Source: Rhynchopus sp. YZ270_cl-10
Lineage: Eukaryota
Direction of reading: 5' to 3'
Length of the DNA stretch: 64,000 nucleotides
Assembly (NCBI GenBank): GCA_964035575.1
Contig: OZ037833.1
Location: 1,488,001 to 1,552,000 of the forward strand
In this document: positions 50,778 to 62,973 of the stretch, one piece after another
Position numbering within the stretch: position 1 is the stretch's first letter
Layout of the letters: each line of letters opens with the position of its first letter
Program-made: the position numbers and the translations under genes
Notes under the pieces: generated by a model
The model's database searches: none
What the model was told of the DNA's origin: nothing
Seen by the model: only the letters and a program-made list of their open reading frames with translations

Positions 50778-53700
50778 TTATTGAAAAGAAACGCTGTGGA
50801 GGAGGAATGCACCAGCATTACTGAGCATCACTCTGCCCACATGCCAGGCACACACCTGTGTAAAGGAAATGCGATCTGCAGATTGCTCGGAAAGTGAAGT
50901 AATGCTGTGGTTGGGTGTGACGGGTGGTGCGGAAACAGAGTGACAAGGCACATACCTTTTGAATAGTGACTCAATGCTTTCACGTGAGTAGGCGTCGTCC
51001 ACGTTGTTATCAGCAGTGTAAGGTCTGTTGGGAGACAGGGTGACACTAAGTCGCAAACGTTACATACGTGTAATGGAAAATTCTGTGCACATCTGCAGCA
51101 GAGACGGTGCCCTCTTCGTCTGACATTATAGCAAAGGCTTTTTGTTCCCTGTATTGTGATGTGTTAACCATTTCATAAAAGAACACATACCCTCTCAGAA
51201 TCTGGCGGTCAGGACATAAATACAACAAAAAGTACTTCGCGTCGACCATGGAGGTGCCTTCTTCATCTGTGGACTCGAAGATGTCCCACAAAAGCTGCTT
51301 CACTTGCTCGGCCCTCGAGTCTGAAACTGATTTCTCAAACCAGAACGGGGTTTGCATAAATTCGTCACTCGTCAGCTGCGTTCTTTCTTCGCTGCACATG
51401 GCAGCTTTCAAGTCGCACAATTCTGTCAAAGTTGGTGGTCCAATCCACAGTTTCGTACCAACAGATTCGCTCGACCACAGAACAAGAGAAACACAGAAGC
51501 TTCTCCAATCGCACGCACCCTGGTCCAGCCAGTCGAACGTGGAGTATGCCTTCTGAAACGTGTCTTTGCCAAAGTGAAGCCAGCATTCCGGGATCGAGTC
51601 GTTTCCGACTGAGGTGGCTGCAATCTGCAGGAAAAGACGGAGGAAGTCGTCCTTTGATACCAACCCACCTCGTGCACGACCCTTGAAACGCGACACAATG
51701 CCATCGACGTGTTCTCTGTTCACGGAAGGTGTGATGAAGTCACCCCCATCTCCGGACACGGGCACATGGAGGGTGTTTGGCTCTGTGGGGGAAACTAGAA
51801 CCGAAGTTTCGTCTATGACGAGGGCAGAGCCAGTGAGGGAGCAGGAGTACTCCATGCTCACCTGCTCCTCGATGCTGGTGCGGATGTACGAGAGCAGCGC
51901 AGACGTAGCACCCATTTCTTTGTGGTACACGTTCTGCAGGATGGAGTTCAGCTTGCTGAGAACGTCTCCCTCCCTGACGTGCACGTCTTCGACGAAGGCG
52001 TAGTATTTGGTGCAGATCGCCTCAAGCCTGTACCTCAGGAGCTCAACTTCCTTTTCCCAGATCTGCTTTGAGAGCGCCTCAGCAAACAGCTCCCGTCCAT
52101 CCTCGGACAGAGGCGCTTTCGGGTTCTTCTCCTTCTCGTCGTCCATTTCGTCTATCCATTCAAGAGCCCTTCTGTACGTGCGCGTAAACTCATCCTGCTT
52201 CTCTTCTGTGTCGCCTGCCGGCTTTCCTTTTGGGGGTGCCTTTTTGTCGACCTTCTTCCCTTTGCTTGCTTCCTCAGTGGCAGAGAGGGTGAGATCGGGG
52301 ATTGCATCCTCGCCCCTCATCTCGAAGCAGTAGACGGCAGAGAAGAAGAACTGGATGATGCGTTTGGTGAAGACAAAGCGGCTGCACTCAAGCTCCATGA
52401 GCGCGACGAACTGCGACTGGACGGAACCCTGGAAAAGGTCGTGCCAGGGCGACTTGGCAGCGTCTGCGAGCACAGTCTCTGCGCACTCTTTCTTGGAGTC
52501 GGACTCAAGCCACAGTGCGTTCTGGAGACTGTCTGCACGGAGGTGGAGCTCTGCCATGCCGTCTTTGTCACGACGCATCTCTTGGTCGAAGGCATTGAAG
52601 TCGTCTTGGAAGGCGTCGACCTTCAGCTGTCTGCTGCTTGGCTTCGCAAGGAAGCTTTTGAATTGCCCTGTGACCATGACGAAGTGCTCGACAGACTCAC
52701 GCTTCAGCTTCCTCATCTCTGCGAACACCTCTGACAGGCCGACCTCGAACACACGCACCACTTCCTTCCACTGTTCCGATACCGTCGACGCAACCTCCGT
52801 GCTGACAGGCAGCGGCAGGTCCGGCAGAGGCGGCTCAGGGACGTCCACCGCAGTAGCCTCCTCGTCGACCTGCTCCTCCGTGACCTCCTTAGGCACCTCC
52901 TCTGGCTTGTGCGCCTCCTCCTCAAGCCGCTTCTGCAGCTCTTCCTTCTGACGCTTCTTGCGCTCGTACTCAGCCTTCGCATCGACACAAGCCTGCACCG
53001 CCTCTAAGGCGAGAACCTTCACCTCCGCTAGCGACTTCGTCCCGTCTATATCTTTGAGCGTCCCAGTGCGCGACAGCCACGCGTCGATTCTCTTCTTGTG
53101 GTGGCGGAAAGAAGTCAGCTTTGAGTGGACCAGTTCAGAGTCGCAGCTGGTCCGCTCCACTTCCTGAAGTCTGCCTAAAACCTCATCCGGTGGTGGGTCG
53201 TAGAGGAGGTGGTACACACGGCCCGTGACGGGGTCGACACGTTCCCCTGCATAGCGTACGGTCACTTCGGCGTCAGAGACGTTGAAGTTCAGAACCAAGT
53301 CAATTGCAGTCTCGTTGTGGTTGTCGTTGAACGTGAGCACCTCTTCGTCTGCCGCAGAAGGCTGTGCAGGCTCGGCTGCTGCCTCTGCAGGCTCCACAGC
53401 AGCGTCTTCGCCCTCCACTGCTTTGGGCGGCAGGGATTCGCTGCCAACAGGCTCGTTCGTGGCGTACTTGCTAGGCGCGAGGCGTGACTCTGGCACTCCG
53501 GTGATCGAAGGGTCGTACGTTGTCATGAGCTTCTCAACAATTTCGAGCTGGTTAGCAGTGCGGGGGAATCCCTCGAGCAGCATCCCCTTAGGCGACTTGA
53601 GCACCTCTGTGTCCTGGGAATGTGCACGCAGCCACTTAAAGTGGTTTACCACCAATCGCGACAGCACGTCGTCGCTCAGTTCGTTTCCCTTGTCCAGCTC

Positions 53701-55357
53701 ATCGTTCTTCGCACGGAGGGCCAACTCCACTCGCTCCGTCACAATTTCCTTCAGTTCATCTGTGAGACCACTGAAAAGTGACTCACCGTTTTCTGCCACG
53801 GATGAAAGCGCAATAGTAAGGATATCCTTGCAGCTCACAAAGGAGAAGTCCAGCGCCTCGGCAACAGACTTCGCAGCTGCCGACTTCCCGCTCAGGTTTT
53901 TGCCGATGAAGGAAACAAACATGAACGCTGTGTTGTGGCGGAGCCTGACGGGGGGCACTGCTGGGTGGAGGATGGCGTTCACCTTTGAGATGAGGTTGCA
54001 GAGGCCGACGTTGTATTCGGAGCCTGATGGGGGCTTTGCGACTGTGCCCCAGTCGCCTGTGTGCGTGACGTACTTTGACGTCTCCTCTTCGTTGAGGAGC
54101 TTCAGCACTTCAAACTGCTTCTCCTTTGCTATTGTGTCTGCGTCTGCACCTGGTGCTTGCTCTGCGTCCTCTTCGCCCTGCGGTGTGCGTGGCGTGGCAG
54201 TATTGCTCTGCTCGTCAGGAGGCTTCAGGTCGTCAAGAGTGTCGGGCAGCTCGTCCGCAGGCTCCACGTCACCTGTGTTTGTCGCAAACTGCAGTAACCA
54301 CTCCTTCCACGTGTGAATCGGCACCAAAGGCTTTCCGGTTAAGATTGACGACTTGAACTCGGTCGTCCGCTCCCTGAACTCAATAACCTTCCAGGAAAGG
54401 TCGAAAACCTGTTCAGTGATTTCAGAGCAGATGGCACGTCTCTTGGCGATTTTCCTGAGAAGTGGTGTGTGAAGGATGTGGAGGGTAGGATGTTGCATAC
54501 TTTTCTTCCTTCTGCCGGACAAGCTCGTTCACTTTTGCAAGCTCCTCGCTGCGACTGATCTCGTACATCTCCTGCTCCCTCTCGCGTGAGTGGGATGTGA
54601 GCTTTTTATAGTCCTCCTCGTCAAGTGCCTGGCGTGCTTCGTACTGAGCCTCGCGGAACTTTCTGTTGGCGACCATGACATTGCGCCACTGTGCTTGCGT
54701 CTGAAGCTCTTCACCAATGGTGCGCTCGTCTTTGCTTTGCTTCATGATTTTCTCGAGAAGCTGCTCCTGCTTCTGCCTCTCGTAAATGCTTCTGTAGATG
54801 CGCTGCTGGTCAAGAAGCATCTTCTGCCTCCGCTTTGTGCGTTCCTTGCGCCCCTGCACCTCCTCGGTCTTGCGCTGGCGGATCCTGCTGATGTAGTCCT
54901 GCTCGTCAAAGGACGCCTTGCCTTCCTGCTTCTTCGGGTCTGTTCCGATGCCGAGTCTGCGGAGGTTTGTTTCGAACTCGTCGATGCCTTTGTCCATTGA
55001 CTGCATTGCGTTTTTGTTTCCTTGGGCCTTCACAGAGTCGCGGTTCATCTTGACCTGCATCTCTAGGGCGATATCTTTGGAGCGGCCTTCCTTGAAGATC
55101 TTCATGTTTGTGCGGTGTGCGGTGCGCCCCTCGCGCTCCCACTGCCTGTTCTCGTCGTGGCGGAGACGCTCTGACTCACGCAGGTACTCACGCCTCTCAC
55201 GGATCGACGTCGCACGCGCCTCATTCTCCTCCGCCTCTAGCTGCGATGCACGTGCATCGTGCCGCCTTTGATTGAACCTCCGCTCTATGTGTGGTGGGTC
55301 CGTGTACGTTTGTAGAGGCATCTTGTGTACTATGTGTACCTCGTTTCGGAGGTTCGC
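50778..55357 (-). CDS. SPEF2: SPEF2/CPC1-like flagellar central-pair protein (coiled coil, adenylate-kinase-like domain, EF-hand region), multi-exon
   Basis: GKNLSGKS, LLEGFPRT and ERVDPVTGRVYHL ADK motifs. GT-AG introns 54455-54500 and 55285-55339 join the ORFs in frame; more introns at 51149-51190 and below. 5' and 3' ends are uncertain. Confidence 0.75.
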
Positions 55358-55566
55358 CTGTTCGGTGGTTTGGGTTGAATTGGGAGAGACAAAAAAGTGA
55401 AGTTAATATCATGCGGATGGGGGAATAAATATCGTTGTTTGGGAAGGGAGAAAAAAAAAATGCCCCCAAAAAGAAAGGGAAAATTACCCCCACTTCCTTG
55501 AGTGGTGTGGAACCCTCGACGTAGAACAGTGCTCGAGTGAAACCCTCCCCCTGGAAAGGGTTTGGT

Positions 55567-56115
55567 TCACCTTCGCAAGAGGAGCTGCATGATTTGCACA
55601 TCAAAAAGACGTTCGAGGTCTGCACGGGCGTGCACCTCTTCGTCAACAGAGGTGTGTCGTGTGTTACTTTCCTCGCTTTGCACTGCACGCACGTGTGCAG
55701 AATCTGCTACGGAGTGCACCATGTCGGTGATACTAAGCTCCTCGGCCACAGTCTGCATACACAGAAACTCGTCAGGGACGGACCGTCGTTGCTGCTCCTG
55801 CCTGACCTGCCGCAGCACCGTGCACTGCACAGCGGTGGCCTCCCCTAGCAGCGCAAGCAGACAGCTGTGCCGCGCACCGCCCTCACACACCCGCACAAGC
55901 TCGTCATGTATCTCACGACGCTCGCTGTCGCACAGCGCTCTAAGGTGCTCGTTGTACAGCGGCGCCACCACCACGTCCTTGGCACACGGTTTGGCCTGCA
56001 GCAGCTGTGCGATGTCCTCCTCAAGACGCCTCTCCTCCAATAGACCTGCAGTGCTGTGCGATATGGCACAGGGCACGTCCAGCCTGCTGCAGGGGCACAG
56101 CGGTGGGCATGGCAT
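55567..56115 (-). CDS. Hypothetical protein or exon, coiled-coil-like
   Basis: GC-rich ORF with coding-like composition; the ORF ends at a possible donor GTGAAC. Relation to the SPEF2-like gene is unresolved. Confidence 0.4.
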   Translation of the reverse strand: MPCPPLCPCSRLDVPCAISHSTAGLLEERRLEEDIAQLLQAKPCAKDVVVAPLYNEHLRALCDSERREIHDELVRVCEGGARHSCLLALLGEATAVQCTVLRQVRQEQQRRSVPDEFLCMQTVAEELSITDMVHSVADSAHVRAVQSEESNTRHTSVDEEVHARADLERLFDVQIMQLLLRR

Positions 56116-56330
56116 GCCTCCTGGTGGGTAGGGACTGGGTGGGTAGATATGTAAAAAAGGACGCAAGAGAAGAATTGGGCCTGAGATGGAAAGGAGAGCT
56201 TTACTTTTTTTTTGTAACTTTGGCCTTAAAGCTAGGCTTAAAAACGATTCGGCAAAGGAACCTGTGGTTAGTGACCCTTCTTTTGTTGTTAGGTTTTTTT
56301 CTCGTGTAAACGACGTAAAAAAAATTCTTC

Positions 56331-56948
56331 CTAGATGACGGTCTGCGACATGGCACGCTTCATGCCTTTGTTGCCTTCGACCATGTAGCCTGCTTCTGAG
56401 AGGGTGGGCTCTTGCGAGGGGCGGAGGGGCAGGTTTCTGCGTCTCAGGATGATGCGGTTGAAGAGGTCTGCAGAGGACTTTGAGAGCACGACTGTGGGGG
56501 GTGGCGTGAGGGCCTCGCGTGAGAGCTGTGTCTCGGACTTGGCAGGAAGTGTCGTGACACTGACCCTGGGCACCTGCACCTGGTCCACTTCCAAGGAAGC
56601 TTTTCGCAGGGACAGAACGCTCTGCGAGCGTGCCGGTGGCGGCAGCTCTGTAGTGTCATCCCGTGCAGACACGTACGGCACGTTGCGCTGTCCAGAGAGG
56701 CGCGAGCTCTTCTTCTTCTCCCACAAGCGCTGCTGCTTCTCGCGCCAGTGCTGCATGCGCGACACATCCACATCGTCGCGCTTGTCCCGCTCCCGCTCCC
56801 GCTCCCGCTCCCCCCTCTCAATTACAGGCGCAGAACGTCGTCTCTCGCCCTTCGCCCGCAACGCCAACTTCTCCCTGTCCCGCTGCTCTGCCTTGACACG
56901 CTCTCGTTCCTCCCTGAGGGGTTGGTGTGTGTTGAACATAGATTGCAT
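56331..56948 (-). CDS. Hypothetical charged protein (205 aa)
   Basis: ATG-initiated ORF with coding-like composition and an AT-rich downstream flank. Confidence 0.6.
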   Translation of the reverse strand: MQSMFNTHQPLREERERVKAEQRDREKLALRAKGERRRSAPVIERGERERERERDKRDDVDVSRMQHWREKQQRLWEKKKSSRLSGQRNVPYVSARDDTTELPPPARSQSVLSLRKASLEVDQVQVPRVSVTTLPAKSETQLSREALTPPPTVVLSKSSADLFNRIILRRRNLPLRPSQEPTLSEAGYMVEGNKGMKRAMSQTVI

Positions 56949-57005
56949 AGATTACTCGCAAAAGAGGCGAAGTGGAATAGGAAGGATGTGCATACAACAG
57001 GACGC

Positions 57006-58612
57006 TCATGTCCACCCCAAAGCTGTCGTCGCTTGTGAAGTACTCGCCGAACTTCTTGGCATATTCAATATCCTGTTGTGTTTGTTGTGGGACGCTTTGG
57101 GTAGCCATACCTTGTCAATGACAGCACCCAGTTGGACGTTATGCTGTATGTCCGCTGTGGTCTTGGGGTTGGTGCGCATGGGGTTTGGAAGGCGTGCGAT
57201 CCACTTGAAGCGGTGTTTGTACACTTGGTGGAGGGCGGTGTAGAACTCGTGGTGGAGGTCGCGCACTTTGCCTTGGAGGAACTTGAGGGAGAGCTGCGCC
57301 TTGTCGCGTGCGAGGTTTGCGTGCTGCTCGCGCTCTGCGGTCTGCACACGTGCGTCGCGGAGACGTGTCCGCATCATGTCCACCTCACTCCTCAGCTCAT
57401 CCAGCAACGGGTCAGGCGGTGGTGGTATGTCCGCCTCACACGCAACATCGCACTCAGGTGTATGCTGCAGCCGCCACTTCTCCTTGATGCCCTTCTCCTC
57501 ACGCAAAAAGTCCTTTATTATACCATTCACCCGCCGCAACATATCCGACAGAAACAACTTCGACTTCGTCAGCAACGCAGACGTTTCCTTATAGAACTCA
57601 TCCTTCGGCTTATGGCAAGACCGCTTCTGGGTGAAGATGTACCTGCAACAGGGAACAGAAGAAAGGTGATATTTGAGTCATAAATGAAGATGAGCCCTAC
57701 CAGGATGTGAAAGGCATACCACAGCTGCGTCACTGCCTTGTCTGAGGCGTCTTTGTACTCCTTCAGGGCGGGGGTGATCTTCTGCTTCAGGTCGCGGAGC
57801 TGTGTTTCGAAGACGCTCTTCTCCATCTTGCAGTCGATGTATTTGTCCTCTGTCGTTGTTGTAATGGTTTTGTGCGGCACCAGGTCCCACGAGGCCTCGC
57901 TGCGCTGTGTCCCAATGGTGTGCTGCGACTGACTGCGGCGCCACTGCTGCATCTCACGTTTGCTGTGTTCGTCTCTCTGCCGCAGACACTCCATAAGGTG
58001 CCCTACGGTGCTGTTCTGCGGGTCCTCCATTTGCATCGCCCTCTCTTCCAACGACTGCGTCTGTTGTATTGCATTCGACAACACGCTTTTGAGGCGTTTT
58101 TCCCTTCGTATCAGATTCAGAGCGAGGTCCTTTTGTTTGAGAAACTTTTCGGTGCCATTTTTTGGTGTGGAAGCGTCGGAACGGAAGGACTCTGCAAAGG
58201 AGTGCTTGCGGAGGTGGTACTGCAGCTCGAGGGTCTGTGAGTACTGTGCGGTGCATGTCTTCTGCAGTTCGTCGATTTTCTTGGCGGATTTGGCCTGTCT
58301 GCCGTGCTGTGCATGGAGCTCCTCTTGCAGCTCCTCTACCAGCGCAGCCTTGTCCTTCATGCGCTGTGTCATGAAGAACACTTCGTCCTGACGTTCCTTC
58401 AGCTGCGCCTCCGCCGCAGTAAGCCGCGTCTTCAACAGATGCCGCTCCAACAGCAACTCCTCCTCACTCAACATCCCCATCTCCTCCTGCGGCTCGTACG
58501 CGTCCAGCACCACATCGTCGCACCCATCATCACTCCCATCATTGCTCTCCACCACCGGCACAGTCGACAAATCCTCTGTAACAATTTTTTCGGACATTTT
58601 TTCTTTGCTCAC
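57006..58612 (-). CDS. Coiled-coil hypothetical protein, two exons (intron 57643-57719)
   Basis: A GTATGC...TTGCAG intron joins ORF 57569-58612 to ORF 57006-57575 in frame (QLW/YIFTQKR...). Confidence 0.7.
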
Positions 58613-58733
58613 ATTTTACTCCGATGTCCCTGTAGAATGTTTTCGTTTTACTCTCGATTTGACAAAAAGAAGTATTTTTTTTTCTGTTTTTAGAATTTCG
58701 TGTAAAAGGGAGGGATAAAAGAAGACACGCTTT

Positions 58734-59516
58734 TCACTGGCTCTGGTCGAAGGCTGTAAAGCTGTGTGCAAGACAGAGGAGGGGGAAGGAGTCCTCGAGA
58801 AGCTTCTCCCAGACGACGTTGCCGTCGCCGTTGACGGGCGCCTCGAGGATGAGGAGGTTGATGTCTCTGGCTGTGAGCTGCATGGGGCACGACTTGAGGG
58901 CTTTGCAGTAGTCGCTGATGGTGAGGCTGCCCATGGCGTCTGCGTCTATCGACTTGAAGACCGCACCCAGCTCTGCGTGCAGCTCCTCCTTCGCCATGCC
59001 GTGCACAGTCGTGTCGGGTGCAGGGTGTGGGAAGTCGTGCCCTGTGCTCTGCAAATAAGAGATCTGCTGCAACACTGCCGCAGACCCAACCAGCCGGCTG
59101 TACTGCACAGTGCCGTCCGTCAGTAGCTGGAAGTCGGGGTTGCTCAGCACCAACATCGTCTGTGTGGGGGTCAAGCCGGCAGACTCAGTCAATACACGCT
59201 TCAAGAGGTGAGGGAAGAGTGTCCCCGTCTGCCCCTCGTCGTACGCAGCGAAGGCAGCATTGAGCTGCGCAGACGTCTCGACAAACTCCTCAGGCAGCTT
59301 GTCCTCGCTGTCCGCTACTGTCATCTCCACACCGTCCTCCTGCAGCGCCTTCTCCTTAAAGTACGTTGCACTCCATTCGTACACATCAAGCGGCTGCTGC
59401 CGCAACACCTCGCGTGTGAAGTCCTTCAGCACATCTGCAAAGTTCGGCGGAAGCGTGAACTTTTGCTGGTACTTCGTGGCCCGGGTCTGCTCGCGGAAGG
59501 TGTCCACTTCTGCCAT
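58734..59516 (-). CDS. RIIa dimerisation/docking domain + EF-hand protein (radial-spoke-like)
   Basis: LPPNFADVLKDFTREVLRQQPLDVYEWSATYF (RIIa D/D); EF-hand-like YDEGQTG and IDADAMG. Confidence 0.8.
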   Translation of the reverse strand: MAEVDTFREQTRATKYQQKFTLPPNFADVLKDFTREVLRQQPLDVYEWSATYFKEKALQEDGVEMTVADSEDKLPEEFVETSAQLNAAFAAYDEGQTGTLFPHLLKRVLTESAGLTPTQTMLVLSNPDFQLLTDGTVQYSRLVGSAAVLQQISYLQSTGHDFPHPAPDTTVHGMAKEELHAELGAVFKSIDADAMGSLTISDYCKALKSCPMQLTARDINLLILEAPVNGDGNVVWEKLLEDSFPLLCLAHSFTAFDQSQ

Positions 59517-59636
59517 ATTATTGTGTAATCTGTGATGTTTCGCACAGCGTTTCCTGTCAAATGCGGTGGAGGGTTTTGGGGGGCAAGAACCATTTGGGGA
59601 AATGGGGTTGTCGGGGTCTTTTTGAATCTCTTCTTG

Positions 59637-60353
59637 TCAAAGAGCCTCCTCCTCTGGGAGGATCGCTTCCTCGTCGTCACCAAACTCTGTCCGCATGGCT
59701 TCGAGAAAGGCCTTTTGGCGGAGGAGGTGGCGCATCTCCTGCACACCCTTTGCGACACGTACCCCGCCGTGCCGTGCAGCGTACTGCTGGTAGTGTTCCT
59801 CTGCGTGGAAGAAGGTGACGTCACTGCCGTCGAGGACCTGCGTCGCTAACTTCGTCCGCAGCTGTCTTTCCACGTACTCCTTCGAAAACGCCGCCTGCTC
59901 CCGCTGGCGTTCCCCGTAGGCGAAGACGGTGGACGCCTGTTTGCGCCGTGCCTTCCCCATAGGGGGCTCGATGCGAGGGTTGTGGCACGTCCAAAAGGTG
60001 TACAGCACCTTTGCGTATGGGAGGCTAGTGGGGAAGACCACCTGCACTGCCTCGCGGTGCAGGGTGGTGGCTGCACGGGTGACAGTTTGGTAGGAGGGAC
60101 GTCCTTCGTCCCAGTCGCCCCCACAGAACCCGGCGGCGGTCATCTCATAGCTACCACGGCTGAGGAAGGCCTGCTCCGCTGTGCAGAAGTCGTGTGCATG
60201 GAACAGCGCGCGTTTGAACCCAGGATAAGGCCCAGAGAGGGCCTTCCCACTCACAAAGTGCCGCCCCTCAGGCATGCTCACACCCTGCACCGAATGTCCC
60301 TGCATCGTCACAAACCCCCCAGTGTTCATAAGACGAGGACCACATTGTCGCAT
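59637..60353 (-). CDS. MsrA-like protein with degenerate active site
   Basis: HREAVQVVF..YAKVLYTFWTCHNP and FFHAEEHYQQY are MsrA motifs; GCFWG is replaced by HDFCT. Confidence 0.75.
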   Translation of the reverse strand: MRQCGPRLMNTGGFVTMQGHSVQGVSMPEGRHFVSGKALSGPYPGFKRALFHAHDFCTAEQAFLSRGSYEMTAAGFCGGDWDEGRPSYQTVTRAATTLHREAVQVVFPTSLPYAKVLYTFWTCHNPRIEPPMGKARRKQASTVFAYGERQREQAAFSKEYVERQLRTKLATQVLDGSDVTFFHAEEHYQQYAARHGGVRVAKGVQEMRHLLRQKAFLEAMRTEFGDDEEAILPEEEAL

Positions 60354-60775
60354 CTCTTTTACTTATGGGGGGAAAGTCGCAGTGTTCTGCAGTAATATAT
60401 AAAAAGGTTGTCGGAGTGAGGTAATTCGTGCAAAGTGGGACAGGTGGAGGAGGGCTTTTCAAATAATGCATAACAGTAGGCAATGCCTGAAACAACACAA
60501 ACAAACAAAAAAAACACAGGGGGTAAAGAGAAAGGGGGAAGGGGACAAACGGGAGGTTTGTCGAGAGATACGACAAAGAGAACAGAAAATGCGGCAAAAA
60601 TAATTTGTCGGTTACAAAGGGAGGGAAGGGATGGTACAAAATGGGGTACAATAAAAAATAAGGGAATCTAAGATAATCATTTGAAATAGGAAATCTCCGA
60701 GGGGAGCAACAAAACGTCAGAGAACCCCGGAAGATATGTCCAGCCTACAGATACGCCAAACGGCTTCTTCTTGTC

Positions 60776-62206
60776 TTACACTCTGGGGAAAACCATTCTT
60801 GGGGTGGCGACGTCATGAACGGCACGGGTGACAGAAGCAGCATGAGCCGCACCTTGGGCGCCTGCAGAGTAGACATTTGCGATGCTGGACATGTTGTGTG
60901 CGTCCAACTCGGCAACGTTCGTGTGCACCTCTCTCGTGCGTGCGGCAGAGAGAGCCGCCTCCTCGCCAAAGTGGCGCTGTCTCTCCACAGACGCCACAAC
61001 CATCGACTGGTCACGGTTTGCCCTTGCAAGCGCCTCGTGGCTGGCAGCACGAGAGAACTGCACCTCACTCGCCTCCAGGTTGCGTCCCGCTCTCTGTGCA
61101 GAGAGGTGAGCCTCCGCATGCTGGGCAGCGGCAGCACGGTGCTGCGCAGTCTGGTGCACGTTGTTCACGTGTGCGGCAGCAGCGTCGCTCCGTGCGGTAC
61201 CCGCCTGTACAGCTGCCGTACGCGCAAGGTTGTCTGTCGTGATGAACGTCGAGTGTGCCACGGTCGCAGCAGCATCCTCTGAAGCCGCCCTGTGCACCGC
61301 GTTGGCGGTGTGCACCTGCGCAATCCCGTGGTGCGAGGCCTTCGTCCTGAACTCAGCATCCGCCGCAGCTGCCTCGGTACGTGCGCGCTGTGCGGCGGCA
61401 CGTGTCACGTCAGACTCCTTCGCCGCCGCTGCCAACGCAATGCTTGCAGCGCGCTCAGCCTGTGCAGCCACATGTGCCGCTGCCTGTGCGGCTGCTGCGG
61501 CAGATGCAAGCTCAGCCCGTCTGGCCTCTGCTGCCGTGTGCTGTGCCTCAGCCTCCGCTGCACGTGCCCTCGTGACCTGCACCTTGGTATGTGCGTCCTG
61601 TGCAAGGTTGCCGTGCGCCTGCTCCGCTGCAGCGGTGTTCGCAGCTTCGACCTTAGCCCCCGCTGCCCTCGTGCGCTGGTGCTCTGCCTCGATCGCCCTC
61701 AGGTGGCGCTGTTGCTCAAGCGTCACGGCACGTGAGGCAGTCGCGTCTGCCACACCCTGCTTCTCTGCAGAGATCGTGCTCGACAGCGCCGTCGACGCTG
61801 TGGCCGCAGCAAGGTTGCTGCCAGAGGCGACCGCGTGCAGCTGTGCCTCGCGGAAGCCTGCGTTGCTGTGCGACAGGTCCACCGACGCGCCGTGCGCATG
61901 AGCAGAGGCGGCGGCGTGGGCGGCGGTGGCTGCGTGGAACTGCCCGTCTGCAGACGCAGCGGCGTGTGCCTGCACGACAGCCCTGCCCTGCTGGATGTTA
62001 GTGTCGGTGCGTGCGGAGCGTGCCTGCACTGTTGCAACTGCCGCATGCGAGCCTGCGACTGCTGCCTGCACGTTCGCGTGGGATGCGTTGGTGTGTGCCG
62101 CCACCTCGTTCACAGCGTGGTGTGCACCCACAGCGTGGTGCACAGGGTCAACAAGCGGAAGTGCGTGGGGCGCAAAGTTGGTCACGTAGCGGGGTGAAAG
62201 AGACAT
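60776..62206 (-). CDS. Ala/His-rich predicted coiled-coil protein (476 aa)
   Basis: Long ATG-initiated ORF of low complexity; no recognisable domain. Confidence 0.7.
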   Translation of the reverse strand: MSLSPRYVTNFAPHALPLVDPVHHAVGAHHAVNEVAAHTNASHANVQAAVAGSHAAVATVQARSARTDTNIQQGRAVVQAHAAASADGQFHAATAAHAAASAHAHGASVDLSHSNAGFREAQLHAVASGSNLAAATASTALSSTISAEKQGVADATASRAVTLEQQRHLRAIEAEHQRTRAAGAKVEAANTAAAEQAHGNLAQDAHTKVQVTRARAAEAEAQHTAAEARRAELASAAAAAQAAAHVAAQAERAASIALAAAAKESDVTRAAAQRARTEAAAADAEFRTKASHHGIAQVHTANAVHRAASEDAAATVAHSTFITTDNLARTAAVQAGTARSDAAAAHVNNVHQTAQHRAAAAQHAEAHLSAQRAGRNLEASEVQFSRAASHEALARANRDQSMVVASVERQRHFGEEAALSAARTREVHTNVAELDAHNMSSIANVYSAGAQGAAHAASVTRAVHDVATPRMVFPRV

Positions 62207-62321
62207 AGTGGGTGGTGGTGGTGGTGCAAGTGTTTGTATCTAATCTGTGGGTGGTGGGTAGGTGGAGGTCTGTTGCACGTAAGGAGAGAAACTTAGAAAA
62301 ACTTAGTTGAGGGTTACTTTA

Positions 62322-62529
62322 CATACATGTTGGTACGTACGTAAAACGCGCAAAAATAATCAAAAAACGCGCAAAATAATAAAAAAATGTTTTTTAATAA
62401 AAACGTCACAAAAACGTAACAAAAGCGCGCAAAACGTCTTTGTGACGTTTTTTATTAAAAACATTTTTTTATTATTTTGCGCGTTTTTTGATTATTTTTG
62501 CGCGTTTTACGTACGTACCAACATGTATG
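62322..62529. mobile_element. 208-bp palindromic MITE, CA..TG ends, 6-bp TSD ACTTTA
   Basis: ~90-bp near-perfect TIR (CATACATGTTGGTACGTACG...); ACTTTA at 62316-62321 and 62530-62535. Confidence 0.88.
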
Positions 62530-62973
62530 ACTTTAACTGCTTTTGCAATTATTCGCGAAAGAGATGGCAAAAGAAAACGGCAGAAACACCAGTAGAAACG
62601 GTGGTAACTGAGAGCATAAAATGAGGACTACATTTAGAAGCTAGTCACAAAGCCCCTCCCCTACTATCACAATACGGCACCCAGCGAACACCTGTCACAG
62701 ACAGATATTAGACGGTCGCACAGTCACATCTCGTACGTTGCACAGCACCTGCACCACCTCACTGGGATGCATGACGGCACCCGCAAGAAGCATCAGTACC
62801 CACGCGGGCAAGTCGCATTATGTTCCATTATTCATACAAAGTGTCAAACCTGCAAACCTGGAAAAAAGCTTTTGGAAAGTTGCGAGTCTCACAACCCTTT
62901 TCTCCAAATGGGGGGAAACCGTTTAAATGATGCAATACTTTGGCAAAGGCAGCATCGTTATTATGGCACAAAA

